DNA of 64,000 nucleotides from Candidatus Methylomirabilia bacterium (GTDB taxonomy: Bacteria > Methylomirabilota > Methylomirabilia > Rokubacteriales > CSP1-6), in assembly GCA_041496385.1 (NCBI GenBank), contig JBGQEL010000005.1, positions 1-64,000 of the forward strand, given 5' to 3'. Below the pieces are notes generated by a model that saw nothing but the letters and a program-made list of their open reading frames with translations, made no database searches and was not told the origin of the DNA. Both the position numbers and the translations under genes were made by a program. Below, piece by piece: positions 9,021 to 20,681 of the stretch (its first letter is position 1; every line of letters begins with the position of its first letter).

Positions 9021-10384
9021 CGAGCGCGGTGCAGGCGGGCGACCGCCTCGATGTGCGGCGTCTGCGGGAACATGTCCACGGGCTGGACCCACTCGAGGCG
9101 GTAGCCCTGACGGACGAGATCCGCGAGGTCGCGCGCGAGCGTCGCCGGGTTGCACGACACGTACACGAGCCGCTCGGGCCCGAGCATCGCGAGCGCGTGG
9201 AGCGCCTTCGGGTGGAAGCCGGCGCGCGGCGGGTCGGCGACGACGACCTCCGCCCGGATGCCGTCGCGGGTCAGGGTCGGCAGCACGTGCCGCACCTCGC
9301 CCGCGAGGAACGTGCAGTTGTCGATGCCGTTCTCCCGCGCGTTCCTGACGGCGTCGGCCACGGCCGCGGCGGCGACCTCGATCCCGTAGACCCAGCGGCA
9401 GCGGCGCGCGAGCAGGAGGCTGATCGCGCCCGTTCCGGAGTAGAGGTCCATCACCGTCTCCGCGCCACCGAGCTCGCACGCCGTCTCGACGACGCCGAAG
9501 AGGCGCTCGGCCTGCACGGTGTTGGTCTGGAAGAACGAGTTCGCCGACACCTGGAACGTGAGCCCCCCGAGCGACTCCCGGATGTGGTCGCGGCCGAGGA
9601 GCAGGTGCTCCTCGGTGCCGACGGCGACCGACGCCTTCTTGGCGTTGACGTTCAGCACGACGCTCGCCGTCTCGGGCACGCGCGCGCGGAGCCCCTCGGC
9701 GACGGGGCCGAGCGTCTCGACGTCGGGCGTCGCCGCCACGATGTTGACCATCGCCTCGCCCGTGCGGCGCCCCTCGCGCAGCGACACGAACCGGAGCAGG
9801 CCCTGGCCCGAGGCCTGATCGTAGACGGAGAGCCCGCGCGCCCGCGTCGCGGCGCGGAGCTCGTCGAGCAGACGGTTCATGGTCTCCGACTGCAGCAGGC
9901 AGTGCCCGATGTCCAGGACCACGTCGTAGCGGTCGGCCTGGTGCAAGCCGAGCACAGGCCCGCCCGCGTCCTCCGCGACCGTGAACTCCATCTTGTTGCG
10001 GTAGCCGTACGGCTCGGGGGCGGCCAGGATGGGCCGTAGCTCGAAGACGCCGAGACCCCCGATGCGCTCCAGGCAGTCGCGCACCTGCTTGGCCTTGAAC
10101 GCGAGCTGCGCCGGGTACGCGACGTGCTGGAGCCGGCACCCGCCGCAGCGTCCGAAGTAGGGGCAGGGCGCCTCGACCCGGTTGGGCGACGGCGTCTCGA
10201 CCGCCTCGAGCGTCGCGCGCCCGAAGCGCGAGCGCGCCTCCACGAGCCGCACACGGAGCCGGTCGCCCGGGATCCCGCCGCGCACGAAGACGACGTAGCC
10301 GTCGACCCGGCCGACGCCCTCGCCACCGAACGCGAGGTCGTCGATCGCGAGCTCGAGGGTGTCGCCGCAGCGCGGTTTCGCCAT
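9017..10384 (-). CDS. rlmD: 23S rRNA (uracil-C5)-methyltransferase RlmD
   Basis: TRAM domain, CPYFGRCGGC Fe-S motif, SFFQTN, DPPRAG, YVSCNPATLARD, DMFPQTPHIE. Confidence 0.95.
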   Translation of the reverse strand: MAKPRCGDTLELAIDDLAFGGEGVGRVDGYVVFVRGGIPGDRLRVRLVEARSRFGRATLEAVETPSPNRVEAPCPYFGRCGGCRLQHVAYPAQLAFKAKQVRDCLERIGGLGVFELRPILAAPEPYGYRNKMEFTVAEDAGGPVLGLHQADRYDVVLDIGHCLLQSETMNRLLDELRAATRARGLSVYDQASGQGLLRFVSLREGRRTGEAMVNIVAATPDVETLGPVAEGLRARVPETASVVLNVNAKKASVAVGTEEHLLLGRDHIRESLGGLTFQVSANSFFQTNTVQAERLFGVVETACELGGAETVMDLYSGTGAISLLLARRCRWVYGIEVAAAAVADAVRNARENGIDNCTFLAGEVRHVLPTLTRDGIRAEVVVADPPRAGFHPKALHALAMLGPERLVYVSCNPATLARDLADLVRQGYRLEWVQPVDMFPQTPHIEAVARLHRAR

Positions 10385-10454
10385 GATTCCTGCCACTATA
10401 TCAGGCTTGGGGCCGCGCTCGCCGCTCGCACGGGGAGGTGTATGATACTGATTC

Positions 10455-10922
10455 ATGAGGGTCGGAGCGCCGCGCGCCGTCGCCGATCTGCTCGTCACCG
10501 CCGTCCCCGACCTTCGCGATCGGCTGCTCGAGCTGGAGGTGCGGCGCGCGTGGTCCGCGGTCGCCGGCGCCGAGGTCGCGCGCCGGTCCCGCCCGCAATC
10601 GCTCGCCGCCGGCTGTCTCACCGTGGTCGTGGACAATTCCCCCTGGCTTCACGAGCTCACGCTGCGCGCCGGTCAGCTCGCCGAGCGCCTACGCGGGCGA
10701 TATCCCCAGATCCACTCGCTGCGCTTCACCCTCGGCGCGCTGGAAGCGCCCGAGTCCGCGCCACGGGAGCGCGGGCAGACCGCGGTCCCGCTCGACGCGG
10801 AGGCGCGGCGCGCGATCGACGAGGCGGCTTCCGCCATTCACGACGAGACCCTCGCGGCCGCCGCACGACGCCTCCTGACGAAGGCGTGGCGGTTTCCGCG
10901 GGAGCGAGGGGTAGGCCGATGA
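10455..10922 (+). CDS. DUF721/DciA family protein
   Basis: WSAVAGAEVARRSRP...LTVVVDNSPWLHEL pattern. Confidence 0.75.
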   Translation: MRVGAPRAVADLLVTAVPDLRDRLLELEVRRAWSAVAGAEVARRSRPQSLAAGCLTVVVDNSPWLHELTLRAGQLAERLRGRYPQIHSLRFTLGALEAPESAPRERGQTAVPLDAEARRAIDEAASAIHDETLAAAARRLLTKAWRFPRERGVGR

Positions 10923-12676
10923 TCCGGCGAGTGCTCGGTCGAGTGGCCGGCGTCCTGGCAGGCGCGGCGCTCGCGGGCTGCGCGACGGGCGGGACGGTGG
11001 CGGTGGCCCCGGACGAGGCCCGGCGCGCGCCGGCCGCCGCCGCGGCGGCCCCCGATCCGACCGCCGAGGCGTACTACCACTTCGCGGCGGCCCAGATGGC
11101 CGCGCAAGCGGGCCGCTTCAACGAGGCGATTCCCGCCGTGCGTGAGGCGCTCAAGCGCGACCCGAACTCGGCCTTCCTCTGGACGACGCTGGCCCAGTGG
11201 CTCGTCCGCACCGAGCAGCTCGAGGAGGCCGTCGCCGCCGCGCGGCGCGCGCTCGAGATCGCGCCCGAGCAGATCGCGCCGCACGTCACGCTCGCCGAGC
11301 TGCTGCGCGCCCAGAAGAAGTACACGGAGGCCGAGGCCGAGCTCGAGAAGGTCATCACGCTCAACCCGAACGCCGAGGATCCATACCTGACGCTCGCGCG
11401 CTACCAGGTCGAGCAGAAGGCCTACGACCGCGCCCGGCGCACGCTCGTCCGCCTCATCGAGAAGCAGCCACGGCTCGCGCAGGCCCAGTTCCTCCTCGGG
11501 CGCCTCGCGATCGAGACGGAGAACTGGGACGAGGCGATCAAGCGACTCCAGACGGCGGTCGAGCTCGACCCCGACCACGACGGCGCCTGGACCGCGCTCG
11601 GCTACGTCTACGAGACGCGCCGGAAGGGCGAGGAGGCCGTCGAGATCTACCGGAGCGCGATGAAGGCGAACCCGGACAACCCGGCGTTCGTCGAGCGCCT
11701 CGGCGACCTCCTCATCCGGCTCGGCCGCTTCAAGGAGGCGCAGGCGGAGATCGAGGCGCTGGCCGAGGTCGCCCCGCGCGACGCGCGCGTCTGGATGAAG
11801 CTCGGCGCGGTCTTCTACGAGCAGAAGCTCTGGGACAAGGCGGGGGACGCGTTCCGGCGCGCGGTCATGCTCGAGCCGTCGAACCTCCGTGCGCGCTACT
11901 TCCTGGCGACGACCTACATGGACGCCGGCAAGGACGCCGAGGCGCGCGCCGAGCTCGAGCGCATCCTCCGCGTGGACCCGCGCTCGATCGATGCGCGGGT
12001 CCAGCTCGGCTTCCTGCACGGCCGCGCCAAGCGGTATGACGAGGCGATCGCGGTGCTCCGCGAGGCCGTCAACATCGAGCCGAAGCGGCCGGAGCTCTTC
12101 CTCTATCTGGGGACCGCCTACTACCGCGCAAAGCAGTACGACCGGGCGGTCGAGAGCATCCAGGAAGGCCTCTCGCTCGACGAGAAGCACAAGGAGCTCC
12201 ACTTCCAGCTCGGCGTGGTGTTCGAGAAGCAGGCGAAGTTCGACGACGCCGTCCGCGCGTTCCGACAGGTGATCGCGCTCGACCCCAAGCACGCCGAGGC
12301 CTACAACTACGTCGGCTACATGTACGCCGAGAAGGGCCAGAACCTCGACGAGGCGGTCCGGCTCATCAACACGGCACTCACGCTCGAGCCCGACAACGGC
12401 TACTTCATCGACAGCCTGGGCTGGGCGTACTACCAGCAGGGTCGCTACGGGGAGGCGCTCCAGGAGCTCAAGCGCGCGGTCGAGAAGGCGAAGGAGCCCG
12501 ACCCGGTCATCTATGAGCACCTCGGCGACGCCTACCTCAAGAACGGCCTCCAGGACGATGCCCTCACGGCGTGGGAGAAGGCCCTCCAGCTCGACCCGGC
12601 CCTCGACGGGGTCAAGAAGAAGATCGACGACCTCAAGGGTCGCCGGGTCAAGGGTGGCCCCAAAGCTTCTCAGTAG
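10919..12676 (+). CDS. TPR-repeat lipoprotein
   Basis: Lipobox LAGC, many TPRs, C-terminal AYNYVGYMYAE...DSLGWAYY...EHLGD. Typical of the gene upstream of lolB-ispE. Confidence 0.88.
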   Translation: MIRRVLGRVAGVLAGAALAGCATGGTVAVAPDEARRAPAAAAAAPDPTAEAYYHFAAAQMAAQAGRFNEAIPAVREALKRDPNSAFLWTTLAQWLVRTEQLEEAVAAARRALEIAPEQIAPHVTLAELLRAQKKYTEAEAELEKVITLNPNAEDPYLTLARYQVEQKAYDRARRTLVRLIEKQPRLAQAQFLLGRLAIETENWDEAIKRLQTAVELDPDHDGAWTALGYVYETRRKGEEAVEIYRSAMKANPDNPAFVERLGDLLIRLGRFKEAQAEIEALAEVAPRDARVWMKLGAVFYEQKLWDKAGDAFRRAVMLEPSNLRARYFLATTYMDAGKDAEARAELERILRVDPRSIDARVQLGFLHGRAKRYDEAIAVLREAVNIEPKRPELFLYLGTAYYRAKQYDRAVESIQEGLSLDEKHKELHFQLGVVFEKQAKFDDAVRAFRQVIALDPKHAEAYNYVGYMYAEKGQNLDEAVRLINTALTLEPDNGYFIDSLGWAYYQQGRYGEALQELKRAVEKAKEPDPVIYEHLGDAYLKNGLQDDALTAWEKALQLDPALDGVKKKIDDLKGRRVKGGPKASQ

Positions 12677-13409
12677 TTTCCTGCTCGGCGCGCTCGCGCT
12701 GCTGGGCGGCTGCGCCACGGTGCCGCCGCCCCAGCCGATAGACACCGAGGCCGGGCGCGCGATCGACCTGCTGGAGGCGAGCCGCCGCGCGTTCACGGAC
12801 CTCCGCGCGCTCGCCGACGTCGCCGTCCAGCGCGGCGGCGAGAGCCAGCGCTTCACGGGCGTTCTCCTCGTCAGGGGACCCGACTCGATACGGTTCGAGG
12901 CGCTGTCGCCGTTCGGCCAGCCCTACTACCTCGTCGTCGTCCACGCCGGGCAGATCACCGCGTACGACGCCGCGAGGAACGAGGCCCTCGTCGGTCCGGC
13001 GACCGCCGAGACGATCGGCCGCGTGCTGGGCCTGCCGCTCGACGCCGAGGACCTGGTCGCCGTGCTCGCCGGCCGCGCGACATCGCCCCGAGACCTGCGC
13101 GTCGCCGAGCTGCTGCCGCCCGACGCCGCGGGGCCGTCGCTCAACCTGATCGGCAGCGACCAGCGCGCGCGCGTCTGGCTGGATCTCCGGACCGGCGAGA
13201 TCCGCCAGGTCGAGATCGGTGGTGGACGCGTGCCGGTGATGATCACGTACCGCCGCGAGGGCGACACCCCTCGGGGCTTCGATTTCAACGCCCGCGACTA
13301 CGTCATTGGATCCGTGACCTACAGAGACGTCGTGCTGGGTGCCGGCATCGACTCTGAGCGCTTTACGCTGGCGCTCCCGAAAGCGGCGAAAATACAGACC
13401 ATCCGTTGA
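12654..13409 (+). CDS. LolB-like/DUF4292 outer-membrane lipoprotein
   Basis: Lipobox LGGC, RFEALSPFGQ. Lies between the TPR gene and ispE. GTG start inferred. Confidence 0.7.
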   Translation: MAPKLLSSFLLGALALLGGCATVPPPQPIDTEAGRAIDLLEASRRAFTDLRALADVAVQRGGESQRFTGVLLVRGPDSIRFEALSPFGQPYYLVVVHAGQITAYDAARNEALVGPATAETIGRVLGLPLDAEDLVAVLAGRATSPRDLRVAELLPPDAAGPSLNLIGSDQRARVWLDLRTGEIRQVEIGGGRVPVMITYRREGDTPRGFDFNARDYVIGSVTYRDVVLGAGIDSERFTLALPKAAKIQTIR

Positions 13410-13443
13410 AACGCGCGTCCCGAGCGTGCTAGGCTGCACTGCC

Positions 13444-14340
13444 TTGTCGAAGCGGTCGGGCGGTGTCCGTCGGCTGGTACTCAGCGCCGCGGCCAAGGTC
13501 AACCTGGCCCTCGAGGTGCTGGGCAAGCGGCCCGACGGATATCATGAGATCGTCACGGTCATGCAGACCGTGGACCTCTCCGACCGGCTTCTCCTCGAGG
13601 ACGCCGAAGGGTTGGAGCTGCGCGCGAGCGCTCCCGACGTGCCGACGGACGGGACCAATCTGGTCCTGCGCGCGGCGCGGGCGCTCCGCGAGGCGGCGGG
13701 GATCACGCGCGGTGTGCGTGTGACGCTCGACAAGCGCATCCCGGTGGCGGCCGGGCTCGGCGGCGGCTCGACCGATGCGGCGGCGACACTGGTCGGCCTG
13801 AACCGGCTCTGGGCGCTCCGCTGGCCGGCGGCGCGCCTCGGGGAGGTGGCGGTGACGCTCGGGATGGACGTCCCGTTCTTCCTGCGCGGCGGGGCGGCGC
13901 TGGGGACGGGTCGCGGCGAGCGGCTCGAGCCCCTGGGGGGCGGCGCGCTGGCGCTGGTGCTCGTGCACCCGCGCGCCGGTGCGAGCACCGCGGAGATCTA
14001 CGGGGGCGTCACCCCCGAGATGTATTCTGACGGCAGCCGCGCCCGCCAAGTCGCGGGCGCGCTGCGGAACCGGCGGGTCGGGATGGTCGCCGGGAGCCTC
14101 TACAATGGGCTCGAGCGCGTCGCGGCGGCGCGGTATCCGCAAATACGGCAGATGGAGGCCGCGCTGCTGGCGGCCGGCACGCTGGGGGCGGCGATGTCGG
14201 GGAGCGGGCTCACGGTGTTCGGCGTGGCGCGCTCGCTCGATCATGCGCGTCAGATCCGGGCACGGATGACGCGGGGCTCGTGGGACTGCTGGGCGGTGCG
14301 GACGCTGACGGGACCCGCGATCCGCGTGAGGGGGTCTTGA
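13444..14340 (+). CDS. ispE: 4-diphosphocytidyl-2-C-methyl-D-erythritol kinase
   Basis: AKVNLALEVLGKRPDGYHEI, KRIPVAAGLGGGSTDAA, MSGSG. TTG start inferred. Confidence 0.95.
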   Translation: MSKRSGGVRRLVLSAAAKVNLALEVLGKRPDGYHEIVTVMQTVDLSDRLLLEDAEGLELRASAPDVPTDGTNLVLRAARALREAAGITRGVRVTLDKRIPVAAGLGGGSTDAAATLVGLNRLWALRWPAARLGEVAVTLGMDVPFFLRGGAALGTGRGERLEPLGGGALALVLVHPRAGASTAEIYGGVTPEMYSDGSRARQVAGALRNRRVGMVAGSLYNGLERVAAARYPQIRQMEAALLAAGTLGAAMSGSGLTVFGVARSLDHARQIRARMTRGSWDCWAVRTLTGPAIRVRGS

Positions 14341-14344
14341 ACAC

Positions 14345-14419
14345 TGGGGCGTGGCCAAGCGGCAAGGCGCGGGACTTTGGATCCCGTATTCGGAGGTTCG
14401 AATCCTCCCGCCCCAACCA
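14345..14419 (+). tRNA. tRNA-Gln(TTG)
   Basis: TGGGGCG...CGCCCCA acceptor stem, CGGGA-CTTTGGA-TCCCG anticodon arm, GGTTCGAATCC, encoded CCA. Confidence 0.97.
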
Positions 14420-14440
14420 ACGTCTGAGCGAGAGGCGCAG

Positions 14441-15379
14441 ATGAAAGACGAGCTGAAGCTTCTCACGGGCACCGCGAACCGGCCCCTGGCCGAAGAGATC
14501 GCGCAGTACCTCCGCGTGCCGCTGACCGACGCCGAGGTGAGCCGATTCTCCGACGGCGAGGTGTTCGTCCAGATCAACGAGAACGTGCGCGGCACCGACG
14601 TCTTCATCGTCCAGCCGACGTGCCCGCCCGTGAACGACACGCTCATGGAGCTGCTGATCATGATCGACGCGCTCAAGCGCGCGTCGGCCCACCGGATCAC
14701 GGCCGTGCTCCCCTACTACGGCTACGCGCGTCAGGACCGCAAGGTGCAGGGGCGCATGCCGATCAGCGCCAAGCTCGTCGCCGACCTGCTCGAGGCGGCC
14801 GGGATCGACCGCATGCTCGCGCTCGACCTGCACGCCGGTCAGATCCAGGGCTTCTTCAAGGTTCCGGTGGATCACCTCTTCGCCGCGCCGGTGATGATCG
14901 ACTACCTCGGCAAGAAGGAGCTGCGCGACCCCGTCATCGTCGCCCCCGACGCGGGCGGCGTGGAGCGGGCCCGCGCGATCGCCAAGCGCCTGAACGCCGG
15001 GCTCGCGATCATCGACAAGCGGCGCGAGGGTCCGAACCACGCGGTCGCGATGCACCTGATCGGCGACGTCAAGGACCACGACGCCGTCGTCATCGACGAC
15101 ATGGTGGACACGGCGGGCACGCTCATCCAGGCGGTCGGCGCCCTCGCGCGCGAGGGTGCCCGGCGGATCCTGGCGTGCGGCGTCCATCCGGTCCTGTCCG
15201 GCCCCGCGGTGGAGCGCATCGCGGGTTCGCCGCTCGAAGAGGTGGTCGTGACGAACTCGATCCCCGTGTCACCCGACAAGCGCGCCGCGCGCGTGACGGT
15301 GCTGAGCGTGGCGCCGCTCCTGGGTGAGGCCATCCGCCGTATCCACGACGAGGAATCCGTTTCGACGCTGTTCGTCTGA
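14441..15379 (+). CDS. prs: Ribose-phosphate pyrophosphokinase
   Basis: FSDGEVFVQINENVRG, PYYGYARQDRK, DLHAGQIQGFF, DDMVDTAGT. Confidence 0.97.
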   Translation: MKDELKLLTGTANRPLAEEIAQYLRVPLTDAEVSRFSDGEVFVQINENVRGTDVFIVQPTCPPVNDTLMELLIMIDALKRASAHRITAVLPYYGYARQDRKVQGRMPISAKLVADLLEAAGIDRMLALDLHAGQIQGFFKVPVDHLFAAPVMIDYLGKKELRDPVIVAPDAGGVERARAIAKRLNAGLAIIDKRREGPNHAVAMHLIGDVKDHDAVVIDDMVDTAGTLIQAVGALAREGARRILACGVHPVLSGPAVERIAGSPLEEVVVTNSIPVSPDKRAARVTVLSVAPLLGEAIRRIHDEESVSTLFV

Positions 15380-15407
15380 ACCCGAGGCAGAAAGGGAGTC
15401 GCACGAC

Positions 15408-16121
15408 ATGGAGATGCAGGAGTTGACGATCAAGCGGCGCGAGGGGACCGGCAAGCAGCTCGCCAAGCGCATGCGCCGCGCGGGCGCGGTCCCGGCGATC
15501 CTGTACGGGGGCGCCAAGCCCGAGCCGATCAGCGTCGACCCGAAGGCCGTGATGAAGATGATCCACGGCCGCGAGGGCACGACGCAGCTGCTCACGCTGA
15601 CGTTCGACGGCGAGAAGGCCGGCGGGTCCCGGCTCGCGATCATCCGCGATCTCCAGTTCGATCCCGTCAGCGACAACCTCGTGCACATGGATCTGCAGGA
15701 GGTCTCCGCCGACCGCGCGATCACGGTGCGCGTGGCCGTCCGTACCGTGGGCGAGGCGGCCGGCGTCAGGGATCAGAAGGGCATCCTGAACATCGTCCTG
15801 CACGAGCTCGAGGTCTCGTGCCTGCCGACCGCGATCCCCGACCGGATCGACGCCGACGTCGCGGCGCTCGTGATCGGCGACGTGCTGACCGTCGCGAGCC
15901 TCGTGGCGCCCGCGGGTGTGCGTATCCTCACGCCCGCGAACCAGGCCGTGGCGACGGTGGTGCCGCCGATGGCCGAGGAGGTCGCGGCGGTCGTGGCGGC
16001 GCCCGCGGCGGTCACCGAGCCCGAGGTCCTCACCGAGCGCAAGCCGAAGGAAGAGGAGGCCGCGCCCGAGGAGGGCAAGAAGCCCGCGCGCCGGCCGGAG
16101 AAGGGCGAGAAGGACAAGTAG
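15408..16121 (+). CDS. rplY: 50S ribosomal protein L25/general stress protein Ctc
   Basis: RRAGAVPAILYG, QFDPVSDNLVHMDL, EPEV tail. Lies between prs and pth. Confidence 0.95.
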   Translation: MEMQELTIKRREGTGKQLAKRMRRAGAVPAILYGGAKPEPISVDPKAVMKMIHGREGTTQLLTLTFDGEKAGGSRLAIIRDLQFDPVSDNLVHMDLQEVSADRAITVRVAVRTVGEAAGVRDQKGILNIVLHELEVSCLPTAIPDRIDADVAALVIGDVLTVASLVAPAGVRILTPANQAVATVVPPMAEEVAAVVAAPAAVTEPEVLTERKPKEEEAAPEEGKKPARRPEKGEKDK

Positions 16122-16136
16122 CGGAGCGCCGGCCGC

Positions 16137-16661
16137 GTGGCCCACGCGGTGGTGGGGCTGGGCAACCCTGGAGCGGAGTACCGGGACACTCGCCACAACG
16201 TGGGCCAGCGCGTCCTCGACCTTCTCGCCGGGATGCTCAGGCGGTCCTGGCGCCGCGAGGGGTCGGCCCTCGTGGCCCAGGGGCAGTGGCGCGGCGAGAC
16301 GGTCCACCTCATCAAGCCGCTGGCGTTCATGAACGTCTCGGGCCCGGCCGTGGCGAGGGCGCTGCGCCACGCCGGGGCCGGTCCCGAGGATCTCATCCTC
16401 GTCTACGACGACATCGATCTTCCCCTCGGCGCCGTCCGCCTGCGCATGAAGGGCAGCCACGGCGGACACAACGGCGTGCGCTCGGTGATCGAGAGCCTCG
16501 GCACCCCGGAGATCCGGCGGGTCAAGGTCGGCGTCGGCCGTCCCGAGCGGAGGCACGACGTGCCCGACCACGTGCTGACGCCCTTCGACGAGACGGAGCT
16601 GCCCGCCGTGGACGCCGCCGTGGCCGAGGCGGCGGAGCGGGTGCTCGCGCTGATCGGCTGA
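16137..16661 (+). CDS. pth: Peptidyl-tRNA hydrolase
   Basis: GLGNPG...TRHNVG, FMNVSG, DDIDLP, GGHNG. Confidence 0.96.
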   Translation: MAHAVVGLGNPGAEYRDTRHNVGQRVLDLLAGMLRRSWRREGSALVAQGQWRGETVHLIKPLAFMNVSGPAVARALRHAGAGPEDLILVYDDIDLPLGAVRLRMKGSHGGHNGVRSVIESLGTPEIRRVKVGVGRPERRHDVPDHVLTPFDETELPAVDAAVAEAAERVLALIG

Positions 16662-16670
16662 CGGCCGCCC

Positions 16671-17912
16671 TCAGAAGAACACGAACGTGACGACGACGAA
16701 GAGCGGCAGCAGCACGCACCCGCTGTAGAGCATGTAACCGAAGAAGCTCGGCATCCTCACGCCCTGCTCCTCGGCGATCGACTTCACCATGAAGTTCGGC
16801 GCGTTGCCGATGTACGAGTTCGCGCCCATCGCGACCGCGCCCACGCTGATCGCGGCCAGGATCGCGTGCGGGACGTCGACCACCTCGCGCGCGAGGCCCA
16901 GGCCCTGGCCGAGCGCCAGGAACGCGAGGTACGTGGGCGCGTTGTCGAGAAACGACGAGAGCGTCCCGCTCGCCCAGAAGAACTGCCACGGCGCGCGCAC
17001 GCCGAGCTCGCCCCCGCGCAGGCGCAGCAGCTCGAGCGCCGGGATCATCGTGAGGAAGATCCCGAAGAAGAGGACCGCGACCTCCACGATCGGCGCGGAC
17101 GTGAAGCCGTTCGCGCGGCGGATCGAGCGCGGCGTCCGCCAGAGGGACAGACCCGCCAGGGTCACCATGACGGCCTCGCGCCAGGGCTCGTGCAGGACGA
17201 GGACGGCGAGCACGACGCCCCCGAGCGGGAGGGCGTTGAGGAGGCCGTGGACCCGGAGCGGCTCGAGCTGGGCCCGGTCGCGGCGGATCGCCGCCAGCGG
17301 CTCGCGCGTGTACATCAGCGTGTCCCAGACGAAGTACGTCAGCAGCAGCACGCCGACCATCAGCAGCCACTGCGGCCAGAGCCGGAACGTCCAGACGAAC
17401 GGCACACCCTGGAGATACCCGAGGAAGAGCGGCGGGTCGCCGAGCGGCGTGAGCATGCCCCCGATGTTCGACACGAGAAAGATGAAGAAGATGACCGTGT
17501 GCCTGACGCGCGTACGCTCGCGGTTGGTCTGCAGCAGCGCCCGGATGAGGAGCATCGAGGCGCCGGTGGTGCCGACGAGCGAGGCGAGCACGGAGCCGGC
17601 GGCCAGGAACGCGGTGTTCACGAGCGGCGTCGCGACGAGATCGCCGCGCATGAGGATTCCGCCCGAGACGACGTAGAGGGTCGCCAGCAGGATGATGAAC
17701 GACACGTACTCCTCGCCCATGCGGAGGAGCGCGCCGGGCTCGCGGACCAGGTAGAGCGCCAGGACCGGCAGGCCCAGCACGCCCGAGACGAGCAGCTTGT
17801 TGCGGTTCGAGTCCCACCAGTGGGCGACCCAGAGCGGGCAGATCGCGATCGCCAGGAGCATGAGCACGAACGGCAGCACGGTGAACGCGGGGAGCGCGCC
17901 GGCGGTCGTCAC
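16671..17912 (-). CDS. Putative Na+/H+ antiporter (ion transporter superfamily)
   Basis: Multi-TM protein with GTTGASMLLIR, NIGGMLTPLGDPPLFLG, FLDNAPTY, YIGNAPNFMV. GTG start at 17912. Confidence 0.85.
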   Translation of the reverse strand: MTTAGALPAFTVLPFVLMLLAIAICPLWVAHWWDSNRNKLLVSGVLGLPVLALYLVREPGALLRMGEEYVSFIILLATLYVVSGGILMRGDLVATPLVNTAFLAAGSVLASLVGTTGASMLLIRALLQTNRERTRVRHTVIFFIFLVSNIGGMLTPLGDPPLFLGYLQGVPFVWTFRLWPQWLLMVGVLLLTYFVWDTLMYTREPLAAIRRDRAQLEPLRVHGLLNALPLGGVVLAVLVLHEPWREAVMVTLAGLSLWRTPRSIRRANGFTSAPIVEVAVLFFGIFLTMIPALELLRLRGGELGVRAPWQFFWASGTLSSFLDNAPTYLAFLALGQGLGLAREVVDVPHAILAAISVGAVAMGANSYIGNAPNFMVKSIAEEQGVRMPSFFGYMLYSGCVLLPLFVVVTFVFF

Positions 17913-17951
17913 GGCCGCCCAGTGTAGCAGCCCGCGACGTCGGGACTTGGA

Positions 17952-17980
17952 TTGCCGGGGCCTGGGTCGCGTGGTATACA
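17952..17980 (+). promoter_or_regulatory. sigma70-type promoter of the rpsU-mutS2-dnaG-rpoD operon
   Basis: TTGCCG-N17-TATACA with a TGn extension. Confidence 0.55.
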
Positions 17981-18023
17981 GTGATGTTTGGTCCCACGGT
18001 AGTGTCCCGGAGGGGGGAGCGGA

Positions 18024-18218
18024 GTGACCAAGGTCATCGTCGAGCCCGACGAGTCCTTCGAAAGCGTGCTCAAGCGCTTCAAGAAGCAGTGCGAGAAAGC
18101 CGGGCTCCTGTCCGAGTTCAAGAAGCGCCAGCACTACGAAAAGCCCAGCGTCCGGCGGAAGCGCAAAGCCCTCGCCGCTCGCAAAAAGGCCAAGCGGCGG
18201 GAACGGATGTCCGATTAG
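18024..18218 (+). CDS. rpsU: 30S ribosomal protein S21 (copy 1)
   Basis: [36 protein letters not shown]. Confidence 0.96.
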   Translation: MTKVIVEPDESFESVLKRFKKQCEKAGLLSEFKKRQHYEKPSVRRKRKALAARKKAKRRERMSD

Positions 18219-18272
18219 TCGCACGACTCCCAGAGGTACCGCCGGCACTCCCGTGACCCGGACCGGGAGCGA

Positions 18273-20680
<2,408 letters not shown>

Positions 20681-20681
<1 letters not shown>

